Assembly: GCA_934162625.1 (NCBI GenBank)
Contig: CAKPJM010000002.1
Coordinates: 1-50,877, forward strand
DNA from: an uncultured Clostridia bacterium
Lineage (GTDB): Bacteria; Bacillota; Clostridia; TANB77; CAG-508
Length of the DNA: 50,877 nt
Reading direction: 5' to 3'
In this document: piece by piece, positions 42,559 through 50,877 of the stretch
How positions within the stretch are numbered: the stretch's first letter is position 1
Layout of the letters: every line of letters begins with the position of its first letter
Position numbers and translations under genes: made by a program
Notes under the pieces: generated by a model
The model's input: the letters and a program-made list of their open reading frames with translations, nothing else
What the model was told of the DNA's origin: nothing
The model's database searches: none

Positions 42559-42623
42559 TCATAATTTTTGATTAATTTTCAGACAGCCTGACGGGGAATT
42601 TTGGCACAAAACTATTTTGCATT

Positions 42624-43229
42624 CTAAACTGCAGTTATAAAATTTAATATTCCAATAAACCCGAAGATTAAAAATAAAATTCCAGAAAAAGCTTGCATTG
42701 CTTTTTCAGATACTTTTTTACTTAAAAATTTTCCAAATAAAATTGCAATTAAATCACTTGCAACCATTGCAAAAATTGCACCTAGAATGAGCATGATTTT
42801 ATAGCTTGGATATTGAATCCCTAAACCAATAGAAGCAAGAAATGTTTTATCTCCAAATTCTCCAACAGCAATGCTAAATGCAATAAATAAAATATATTGG
42901 AAATTATTTTTAAAGGAATTTCTATTGCTATATTTAGAATCAGCATCTTTATTACTAGATTTTAAAGTAATTATTCCAAAAATTATAAAAGAAATATAAG
43001 TAATTATTTTTATAAAATATTGAAATTTCAAATCTTCTATATTTCCTAAAAAACTACCAAATAATATTGCCAATCCATGACTAAATAAAGACCCAAGAGC
43101 TACTCCTAATAGAATTGTAGAAATTTTTAACTTAGAAGAAAAAGACAAGGCCAAAAGCTGTGTTTTGTCTCCCAACTCAGATATAAAAACAAGAGTAAAT
43201 GCAATTATAAAAGGATAAATTAAGAACAT
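42624..43229 (-). CDS. GDT1/TMEM165 (UPF0016) family cation transporter
   Basis: Duplicated E-x-G-D-K-T motifs (ELGDKTQL, EFGDKTFL). Start MFLIYPF preceded by AGGTGG. Confidence 0.8.
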   Translation of the reverse strand: MFLIYPFIIAFTLVFISELGDKTQLLALSFSSKLKISTILLGVALGSLFSHGLAILFGSFLGNIEDLKFQYFIKIITYISFIIFGIITLKSSNKDADSKYSNRNSFKNNFQYILFIAFSIAVGEFGDKTFLASIGLGIQYPSYKIMLILGAIFAMVASDLIAILFGKFLSKKVSEKAMQAFSGILFLIFGFIGILNFITAV

Positions 43230-43314
43230 TATTACCACCTAAAAAAATATATTCTAATTAAATGTTAATATTACAATAACTTAAACATAATATATTAATG
43301 TGCGAGGAGGTAAT

Positions 43315-44345
43315 ATGTTAAAATGTAATTTGAAAAATATTAGTAAGGTAACATTTGTAATAATAGGGACTATTATAGGAGCAGGGTTTGCATCACGGAC
43401 AAGAGATTTACACTTTTTTTAATAGGTATGGAATAAAAGGATTAATAGGCCTTGTATTTTCAATGTTTTTAATGAGTTATATAATTTATAAAACGTTTAA
43501 GATAAGCTTGTGTAAAAATGCAAATATGTATCAAGATTTTTTAGTAGATATACTACCAGATAAATTAAAAAATAATAAAGCATTAGTATTTATTGTAAAT
43601 AATATAATAAATTTGTTCCTTTTAATTTCATTTAATATAATGGTTGCAGGTTTTTCTACATACTTTTCTCAGGAGCTATTTCTTCCTAAACTAATAGGAG
43701 GAATATTAATAGCAATAATAGCATTTATTACATTCTTTAAAGGAATAAATGGAGTAATAAAAATAAACTCATATTTAATACCAAGTCTCATTGTATTAAT
43801 AATTTTTTTAGGAATTAAAAAAATAGAAACAATTGAAATAATAAGAGAAAACTCAAAGTCTTTATATTGGATTATAAGCAGTATTCTATATGCAAGTTAT
43901 AATAGTATAACTTTAATCCCTATTTTAATTAGCTTAAGAAAAGAATTGAACAATAAAAAAGAAGCACGGAGTAGTAGCCATATTTACATTTATAATAATG
44001 AGCATATTGTCAATAAGCATATATTTGTTAATGAATACGTTTTCAGATGAAATAAGGGATGTAGAACTTCCAATTGTGTATATAGCAAACACTTTAGGAG
44101 TATTAGGAAAATATATCTATGGAATAGTTATACTAATTGCTATATTTACAACAGCAGTTTCTACAGGATATGGCTTTCTGATGAATGTGACAAAATCAAG
44201 AAAAAAATACCTAAAGTTAGCTGGGATAATTTGCTTAGCAGCTATTTTTATAGGCCAACTAGGCTTTTCAAGTCTAATAAATATACTTTATCCAATGTTT
44301 GGATATTTGGGAATTATACAGATAATTTTTTTGTTAATAGCTTGA
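43315..44345 (+). CDS. YkvI-like multi-pass membrane protein/permease, interrupted by two C insertions (43396 and 43967)
   Basis: Three consecutive frames (43315.., 43388..44050, 43998..44345) join seamlessly when the C of TCA-C-GGA and of GCA-C-GGA are removed (…GAGFASGQEIYTFF… and …KKEAGVVAIFTFIIMSILS…). Confidence 0.6.
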
Positions 44346-44408
44346 AAAAGTAGCACTAGTTTGATATAAATAGAATTGTAGTAAACATATGAGAAAAGGT
44401 GTATAATT

Positions 44409-45611
44409 ATGAAATATTATATGTTTAATGGAATAGGTGGCAATAAAGAAGAAAATAAGGTTAAGAAAATAAATAAGAAAAAAGTAGTAAATACAATAAT
44501 AATTATTATTTGCATTCTATTAATTATTAGTGCAGTAGTTTTGTACACTACAAATGAAAAATGTAGAGAGATACTAGATAGATATGTATTTAGAAAAGAA
44601 GTATATGAAAATAATCTTCCTACAATAAAAATAGATTCAAACAAAAACATATCAACATATGCATATAATAAATATATTTCTGTACTAGAAGAAAACAAGC
44701 TAAAATTATACAACAAAATGGGAAGAGAAGAAACGGCTTTAGATATAGAAATATCGACACCAATATTTGAAGCAAATGGAGAATATCTAGGAATTGCAGA
44801 AAAAAATGGGCAGAAATTGTATTTAGTAAATAATAAAAATATAGTTTGGCAAAAAGATATAGAAGGGAAAATAAGCCAAGTAAATGTTAATAAAAATGGA
44901 TATGTGTCAGTAATTATATCTGGAACAAGTTATAAAGCAGTAATAAAAGTATTCGATTTAAATGGAAATGAATTATTTACATATTATCTATCTACAACAA
45001 ATGTTATAGACACAGACATATCTAATGATAATAAATACTTTGCCATAGCAGAAGCCAACTTCTCTGGAATAGTTCCTCAATCTACAATTAAAGTAATATC
45101 TATAGAAGAAGCAAAAAACAACTCTGCAGATGCGATAAAATATACTCATCTAGCAAATGCAAACGATCTAATAATAAATATTAAATATCAAAATAAAAAT
45201 GAATTAGTATGTATGTATAATGAGCATATAGATATTTTAAAAGAAGGAGAAAGCACAGAGCTAATAAATTTAAAAAATGAAGAAGTGTTGTTTGCAGATG
45301 TTAATTTACAATCAAAAATAATAAAAATAACAAAGAAAACTACAGGACTATTTAGTGCAGAAGCGGAAATGCAAATAATAAATAGTAATACAAAAGATAC
45401 AAACATTTATGCAATAGAAAATGTTCCGAAATCAATTTTGGTACAAGATAATATGATAGCAATAAATTTGGGAACAAAAGCTTTATTTATAAATAGTAAC
45501 GGGTGGCTAGTAAAAAAATATCAGTCATCTCAGGAAATTCAAAAAATATTGCTATGTAATGATGTGGCAGGAATTGTATCAAAAAATAAGATAGAAATAA
45601 TATCTTTATAA
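44409..45611 (+). CDS. Hypothetical membrane-anchored protein (DUF5711-like; N-terminal TM, repeated beta-rich segments)
   Basis: Intact 400-aa ORF with an RBS. Confidence 0.5.
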   Translation: MKYYMFNGIGGNKEENKVKKINKKKVVNTIIIIICILLIISAVVLYTTNEKCREILDRYVFRKEVYENNLPTIKIDSNKNISTYAYNKYISVLEENKLKLYNKMGREETALDIEISTPIFEANGEYLGIAEKNGQKLYLVNNKNIVWQKDIEGKISQVNVNKNGYVSVIISGTSYKAVIKVFDLNGNELFTYYLSTTNVIDTDISNDNKYFAIAEANFSGIVPQSTIKVISIEEAKNNSADAIKYTHLANANDLIINIKYQNKNELVCMYNEHIDILKEGESTELINLKNEEVLFADVNLQSKIIKITKKTTGLFSAEAEMQIINSNTKDTNIYAIENVPKSILVQDNMIAINLGTKALFINSNGWLVKKYQSSQEIQKILLCNDVAGIVSKNKIEIISL

Positions 45612-45623
45612 GGAGGAAAAAAT

Positions 45624-46242
45624 ATGTGGGTTATATTTGATTTATTGATAATAGGAATAATTGGACTGTGTACATTTATAGGATATAAACAGGGATTGGT
45701 AAAAGCAATAATAAAGATACTTTCTTTTGTTATTGCTATAGTAATTGCTTTAATTTTATATAAGCCTGTAAGCAATATAATTATAAAAAATACATCTATA
45801 GACGATAATATAAAAAATGCAATAGTAGAAAAGATACTACCAGAGGGCGCAGATAAAAATCAGGAAGTAACAATAGAAGATAATATAACAAATAAAATAA
45901 AAGGAGAAGCAAGCAATACTGTAGAAGGCATCTCAGAAGCATTTTCTATAAAATTAATAGAGACAGTGGTGTTATTAATACTATTCGTAGTTGCAAAAAT
46001 AATATTAAGAGTAGTTTGCATGCTAACTGACTTAATTACAAAATTACCAGTATTAAAACAGTTAAATAAAACCCGGAGGCATAATATATGGATTAATTAA
46101 AGGAATAGTTATAGTATATGTAATACTAGCAATTGTTTACTTAGTTTCTCCATTAATTAAACAAAACATAACAAAAGAGATAGATAATTCAATAATAACA
46201 AAACAAATTTATAATAATAACATATTATTAAAAATCGTATAA
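45624..46242 (+). CDS. cvpA: CvpA-family membrane protein, interrupted by a C insertion at ~46074
   Basis: The zero frame ends NKTRRHNIWIN*. Removing one C from ACC-C-GGA continues as ...KTGGIIYGLIKGIVIVYVILAIVYLVSPLIK... to the stop at 46240..46242, followed by a strong terminator. Confidence 0.65.
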
Positions 46243-46255
46243 AACAAGGAACAAA

Positions 46256-46325
46256 AGAAATTTTTAGGACGGACTTTTTTCTTTTTTGAAAAGAAAGAAA
46301 AAAGTCCGTCCTAAAAATTTCTTTT
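46256..46325. terminator. Long perfect palindrome/terminator (GAAATTTTTAGGACGGACTTTTTTC...GAAAAAAGTCCGTCCTAAAAATTTC)
   Basis: ~30-bp arms. Shares the GGACGGACTTTTTTC core with the 10346..10470 terminator. Confidence 0.75.
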
Positions 46326-46408
46326 AATAAAAAATCCAATCAAAATATTGATATTTGTATTTATTTTTGCTATACTAATAAATACGTAAAAATATAGGAG
46401 TGGTAAGA

Positions 46409-47434
46409 ATGGAAAAAGACGATAAAACAAAAGAAAAAATTAATGCACAAAAAAATGGAAAAAGAGCTAAAAAGAAGAAGAGACATATTGGATTGAAAAT
46501 TTTTATATTTATATTAATAATACTTGGAATATTAGGAGGTCTTTATGCAAAAAGAGTTCACGATTTAGATGGCAACTGGTTAGCAGCTCTTCTTGGACAT
46601 AATAAAGATACATTAAAAAATCTTGACAAATTATACATATTAGCTATGGGCGAAAGTACAGGAATGTCAGATACAATAATTGTATGTTCATATGACCCTA
46701 AGACACAAGAAGCGTCAATGCTTTCTATTCCAAGAGACACTTTTATAGGTGAAAGCAAGAAAAGAGCAACTACAAGTGATAAAATAAATGCTTTATATAA
46801 TGGTGGTAAAAAACCAGAAAAAACTATAGAAGCAGTAAATAAATTAACAGGACTAAATATACAAAATTATATATTAGTAGATACAAAGGCTTTGGTAGAA
46901 CTAGTAAATGCAATTGGAGGAATTGAATTTAATGTTCCAATTGATATGAAATATGATGATTATAGCCAAGATTTACATGTAGACTTAAAAGCAGGTATGC
47001 AAAAATTAAATGGAGATCAAGTAGAACAATTAGTTAGATTCAGACATAATTCAAATGGATCTACATATTCTTATGAATATGGAATAGAAGATTTTGGAAG
47101 AATGAGAACACAAAGAGAAGTATTAATGACAATTGCAAAACAAACAATACAGCTAAAAAATATAAAAGAAATAGGTCGAATTGTAGACATCGCAGAAAAA
47201 TATGTGCAAACTAACATGGACTTTAAGTTACTAAAAGATTATATACCATACGCTGTTAATATGAACGCTGAAAACATAAAAAGTGCTCAATTACCAGGTC
47301 AATCGCAATATATAAATGGAATATCATTCTTCTTAGCAGATGAAGATGAAATAGATAATGTAGTTGATGAATTGTTTACAGGAACAAATGAAACGACGCA
47401 GGAAAGCCAAGAACAAAACAATACAATAGAATAG
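46409..47434 (+). CDS. LytR-CpsA-Psr (LCP) family cell-envelope phosphotransferase
   Basis: N-terminal TM; SDTIIVCSYDPKTQEASMLSIPRDT LCP core. AGGAGTGG RBS. Confidence 0.8.
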   Translation: MEKDDKTKEKINAQKNGKRAKKKKRHIGLKIFIFILIILGILGGLYAKRVHDLDGNWLAALLGHNKDTLKNLDKLYILAMGESTGMSDTIIVCSYDPKTQEASMLSIPRDTFIGESKKRATTSDKINALYNGGKKPEKTIEAVNKLTGLNIQNYILVDTKALVELVNAIGGIEFNVPIDMKYDDYSQDLHVDLKAGMQKLNGDQVEQLVRFRHNSNGSTYSYEYGIEDFGRMRTQREVLMTIAKQTIQLKNIKEIGRIVDIAEKYVQTNMDFKLLKDYIPYAVNMNAENIKSAQLPGQSQYINGISFFLADEDEIDNVVDELFTGTNETTQESQEQNNTIE

Positions 47435-47489
47435 ACAAGAAAAGTAACTTTGCTACACTTTTCTTCTCACCGATTTGAGTTTCCGAATA

Positions 47490-47522
47490 AAAAAATGGGG
47501 GGCTATAAAAGCTCCCATTTTA
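47490..47522. terminator. Bidirectional terminator AAAATGGGGGG-CTATAAAA-GCTCCCATTTT
   Basis: Hairpin between the LCP gene and the convergent carboxypeptidase gene. Confidence 0.6.
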
Positions 47523-48800
47523 TCTATATTTATTTTTTAATCTTTGCTTTTTATTCTTAATTCTTTTATTCTTAGCATACATCCAAAGTATTAATACAAT
47601 TATAATAAGAATTGCTAATTTTAATAAAAATCTTGATTTCTTTACATCATTATTTGCTAGCAGATCTTCTGTATATTGAATTCCATCCACAGTATATGTA
47701 ACACTTCCTATTACATCTCCTTTTTTTAGAGGGGCCTTTAAATTATCATTTAAATTTATTTCAGGTAAAACAGCTGAATCCTTATCAACTTGTTTCATTA
47801 ATGCATAAACATCATTTGCTACTACTGCTTCGACTTTCTTTGTTTTTCTAGTTGCATTTTTAATATTAAGAGTCTGAATGATTCCTCCTTTATTTATTAT
47901 TTGCTTTAACGTGTATGTGTTATATCCATAATCAAAAAGAGACAATGTATCTAAATATCTTTGACTCAAACCATCTTTAGTTTGACTAGCACCTAAAACA
48001 ACAGTTATTAATTCTAAATTATTTTTATTTGCAGAAGCAATTAAACAATTACCAGCAGGAGTGGTAAAGCCAGTTTTTATTCCTGTTGCATATTGATAAT
48101 AATAGTTATCTGCCCTATCACTAGTGTCTAAATGTAATAAAGAGTTAGTTGTTCTAAAAATTCTATCTTCCCTATCATATTTATTAGTAGTAGGAAGAGT
48201 ATAAGAGGTTGTAGAAACCAAAGTCCTAAAAGTTTCATTTTTCATTGCATATCTAGCCATTAAAGCTAAATCATAAGCAGTTGAATAATGATTTTCATCG
48301 TGTGCGCCATTAGGATTAACAAAATTGGTAGATGTGCACCCTAATTCCTTTGCTTTTTCATTCATAAGGTCTGCAAACTTTTCTACAGACCCAGAAACAT
48401 GTTCAGCGAGAACAATTGCAGCATCATTAGAAGAGCCCACCATAAGCACATATAAAAGTTGTTCTACAGTTAATTCTTCGCCAATTTGAAGATTTGCAGT
48501 AACATATCCAGAAGACAGAGACATAACAGCATCATAACTAACAGTAGCAATATCAGATAATTCACAATTTTCTAAAACAATTATTGCAGTCATGATTTTT
48601 GTAAGACTTGCAGGATATCTTTTTTCATTAATATTCTTTTCATACAAAATTTTTCCAGAAGAATAATCCATAAGAAGTGCTGAGGGAGAGGCAATGTCTG
48701 GAATCTCTTCTTCGGCATTTACAAATGGAGAAAAAATCATACTTAAACTTAATAGTAAAAGTAAACAAATGAATAAATTATTAATAAAACTCTTTTTCAT
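47520..48800 (-). CDS. Serine-type D-Ala-D-Ala carboxypeptidase (PBP5/DacB/DacF-like) with a C-terminal membrane anchor
   Basis: Signal peptide; SxxK (ASLTKIMT), SxN (SSND) and KTG motifs. Confidence 0.85.
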   Translation of the reverse strand: MKKSFINNLFICLLLLLSLSMIFSPFVNAEEEIPDIASPSALLMDYSSGKILYEKNINEKRYPASLTKIMTAIIVLENCELSDIATVSYDAVMSLSSGYVTANLQIGEELTVEQLLYVLMVGSSNDAAIVLAEHVSGSVEKFADLMNEKAKELGCTSTNFVNPNGAHDENHYSTAYDLALMARYAMKNETFRTLVSTTSYTLPTTNKYDREDRIFRTTNSLLHLDTSDRADNYYYQYATGIKTGFTTPAGNCLIASANKNNLELITVVLGASQTKDGLSQRYLDTLSLFDYGYNTYTLKQIINKGGIIQTLNIKNATRKTKKVEAVVANDVYALMKQVDKDSAVLPEINLNDNLKAPLKKGDVIGSVTYTVDGIQYTEDLLANNDVKKSRFLLKLAILIIIVLILWMYAKNKRIKNKKQRLKNKYR

Positions 48801-48879
48801 TACTTATCACCTATATATAAAATTCTACTAATATAATATATTAAATTTTAATTAAAAACAATATTAAAGGAGGTTTTTC

Positions 48880-49524
48880 ATGGAATTTTTAAATAAAAAA
48901 CAAAAAATAATATTTATAGTAATAGGAACATTAATGGTAATGTTTATAGGCTATTATATTATAAAGAAACAAGACGATTATAAGTATAAAGAAATAGAAA
49001 CCATAATAGAAGAAGATAGTGCAGCAAATGCTGTTAATTATGAAGAAAAAATTGAGGACACAAGTATAATTGTACATGTGACGGGAGCAATAAAAAAAGA
49101 TGGAATTATTAAAGCAAAACAAGGTGATAGAATTGCAGATGTAATTGAAAAGGCTGGAGGGATAACAGAAGAAGCGGATTTGTCAAAAATCAATCTAGCA
49201 TATAGGGTAAGTGATGGACAAAAGATATATATACCTAGCATAAACGAAAAGAATCTTCAAACTGAAACAGAAGAATATATAACAAATGAAGCTGGAAAAA
49301 ATATCATTGTAGAGGAAGAAGAAACGAACAAAGAAAAAGTCAATATAAATACCGCGACACAAACAGAATTAGAAACTTTAAGTGGAATAGGACCATCGAC
49401 AGCACTTAAAATAATTAATTATAGGAATGAAAACGGAAAGTTTAAAACAAAAGAAGATATAAAAAATGTGCCCGGCATAGGAGAGCAAAAATACGAAAGC
49501 ATAAAAGAAAATATTAATATATAA
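48880..49524 (+). CDS. comEA: ComEA-family DNA receptor (N-terminal TM, SLBB domain, C-terminal tandem helix-hairpin-helix)
   Basis: TELETLSGIGPSTALKIINYRNENGKFKTKEDIKNVPGIGEQKYESIKE. Confidence 0.85.
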   Translation: MEFLNKKQKIIFIVIGTLMVMFIGYYIIKKQDDYKYKEIETIIEEDSAANAVNYEEKIEDTSIIVHVTGAIKKDGIIKAKQGDRIADVIEKAGGITEEADLSKINLAYRVSDGQKIYIPSINEKNLQTETEEYITNEAGKNIIVEEEETNKEKVNINTATQTELETLSGIGPSTALKIINYRNENGKFKTKEDIKNVPGIGEQKYESIKENINI

Positions 49525-49594
49525 GCTTAAGAATAATTTTTCCTGTTTTTGTAAATAATACAAATAATAATTATTTACAAATGGAGGTTTTGAT

Positions 49595-50370
49595 TTGATG
49601 AACAAGGTGGAAATCTGTGGTGTAAACACAGCAAAATTACCTGTGCTATCAAATGAAGAAAAAAATGAACTTTTAAAAAAAATAAAAAACGGAGACCAAA
49701 TAGCAAGAGAAGAATTTATAAACGGAAATTTAAGGCTAGTTTTAAGTGTTGTGCAAAGATTTAATGGAAGGCGGAGAAAATGCAGACGATTTGTTTCAGA
49801 TAGGATGTGTGGGACTTATAAAATCAATAGATAATTTCGATATCACATTAAATGTACAGTTTAGTACTTATGCGGTACCTATGATAATTCGGAGAAATAA
49901 GAAGATACTTAAGAGACAATAATCCAATTAGAGTAAGTAGATCAATGAGAGATTTAGCATACAAAGCTTTACAGGCCAAAGAAAAGTTAATGAAAGAAAA
50001 ACAAAAAGAACCAACAATAGAAGAAATTGCAAAAGAAATAGGTGCAGAGAAAGAAGAAATAGTTGTTAGTTTAGATGCAATACAAGATCCGGTATCTTTG
50101 CAAGAGCCGATATATAATGAAGGAAGTGAAAGCATATATATAATGGATCAAATAAAAGATTCAAAAAATACAGATGAAATGTGGGCGGAAAATATAACAA
50201 TAACAGAAGCTATGAAAAAACTAAAAGGTAGAGAGAAAACTATAATTTCTAAAAGATTTTTTAATGGAAGAACACAGATGGAAGTTGCAGAAGAGATAGG
50301 CATATCTCAAGCACAGGTATCAAGACTAGAAAAAAGTGCAATAAATAGAATAAAGAAAATGTATAAATAA
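49595..50370 (+). CDS. sigG: Sporulation sigma factor SigG, interrupted by two C insertions (49772 and 49890)
   Basis: MMNKVEICGVNTAKLPVLSNEE...GNLRLVLSVVQRFNGR then a frame break. Removing the C in AGG-C-GGA and in ATT-C-GGA restores GENADDLFQIGCVGLIKSIDNFD...YAVPMIIGEIRRYLRDNNPIRVSRSMRDLAYKA..., continuous with ORF 49945..50370 (region 4 HTH ISQAQVSRLEK). Confidence 0.8.
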
Positions 50371-50399
50371 GAAGCGAAGAAAAACGCTTCTTAATTTTT
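50371..50399 (+). terminator. Terminator GAAGCG-AAGAAAAA-CGCTTC followed by a T-rich tail, after sigG
   Basis: 6-bp stem immediately after the stop codon. Confidence 0.5.
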
Positions 50400-50500
50400 A
50401 ATATGCTATATTGTTATTGCCTTTGAGATTTCCTCATTTTATTCGGAAACTCAAATCGGCGAGAACAAGGGATGAATTAAAGTAGCTTTGTTGTGAAATT

Positions 50501-50734
50501 TTATATTTCTACTAAAATAATATCTTCTCCAATACATTTTATATTTTGCCAAGGGATTACTATATCATTATTTCCAGAAAATACATTAAATAATTTGGAA
50601 TTTCCAGGAACAATAATTGAGGTTATAACGCCGCTATTTAAATCAGCTGTAACATCCTGAACAAAACCAAGCCTTTTACCATCTACAATATTAACAACTT
50701 CTTTATGTTTAAAATCTAACCCTTTTGTACCCAT
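50501..50734 (-). CDS. ymxH: YlmC/YmxH-family sporulation protein (PRC-barrel)
   Basis: 77 aa. VDGKRLGFVQDVTADLNSGVITSIIVPG is typical of YlmC/YmxH, in its usual position next to sigG. Confidence 0.75.
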   Translation of the reverse strand: MGTKGLDFKHKEVVNIVDGKRLGFVQDVTADLNSGVITSIIVPGNSKLFNVFSGNNDIVIPWQNIKCIGEDIILVEI

Positions 50735-50877
50735 AAAATCTCCTACTTATATAAAATATATAATAATTATATTCAATACATACTGAAAAATGATAAGAAC
50801 AAATTGTAATTTGTGTGAGTAAATCGCTTTCTGAAAAATTAAAATATTAAAAATGGAAAAAACGTTGCGAATGGATT

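Overview
AT-rich (~27% GC) chromosomal window from a sporulating low-GC Firmicute, Clostridia-like (sigG, ymxH/ylmC, comEA, dacB-type carboxypeptidase). Mostly housekeeping content: asnS behind a T-box leader, deoC, corA, mntP, an ABC-F ATPase, an ECF folate module (folT-folC fusion, ecfA, ecfT) behind a THF riboswitch, 4 tRNAs, a cI/Cro-like divergent HTH pair, two VirD4/TraG-type coupling-protein paralogs, an HD-GYP response regulator, and a higher-GC flotillin islet. The dominant accessory feature is a ~7.4-kb single-gene bimodular NRPS (C-A-T-C-A-T-R, i.e. a dipeptide-aldehyde/pyrazinone-type architecture), apparently translationally coupled to a downstream multi-TM/PAS histidine kinase with no cognate response regulator nearby. 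The most striking sequence-level signal is a recurrent lesion: at least 12 single-C insertions, each immediately 5' of an in-frame GGA/GGT glycine codon (creating CGG followed by a +1 shift), interrupt 10 otherwise well-conserved genes, including both coupling-protein P-loops, ecfA, cvpA, a dnaJ-like gene, a HAD nucleotidase, a YkvI-like permease (twice) and sigG (twice). In addition, a 1-nt deletion splits the NRPS reductase domain. Several repeat families are also present: a 45-bp hairpin motif upstream of htrA/NRPS and of deoC, an AAATTGTAATTTGT-tipped palindromic element, 28-bp inverted repeats flanking dacB-comEA-sigG, and a GGACGGACTTTTTTC terminator family.
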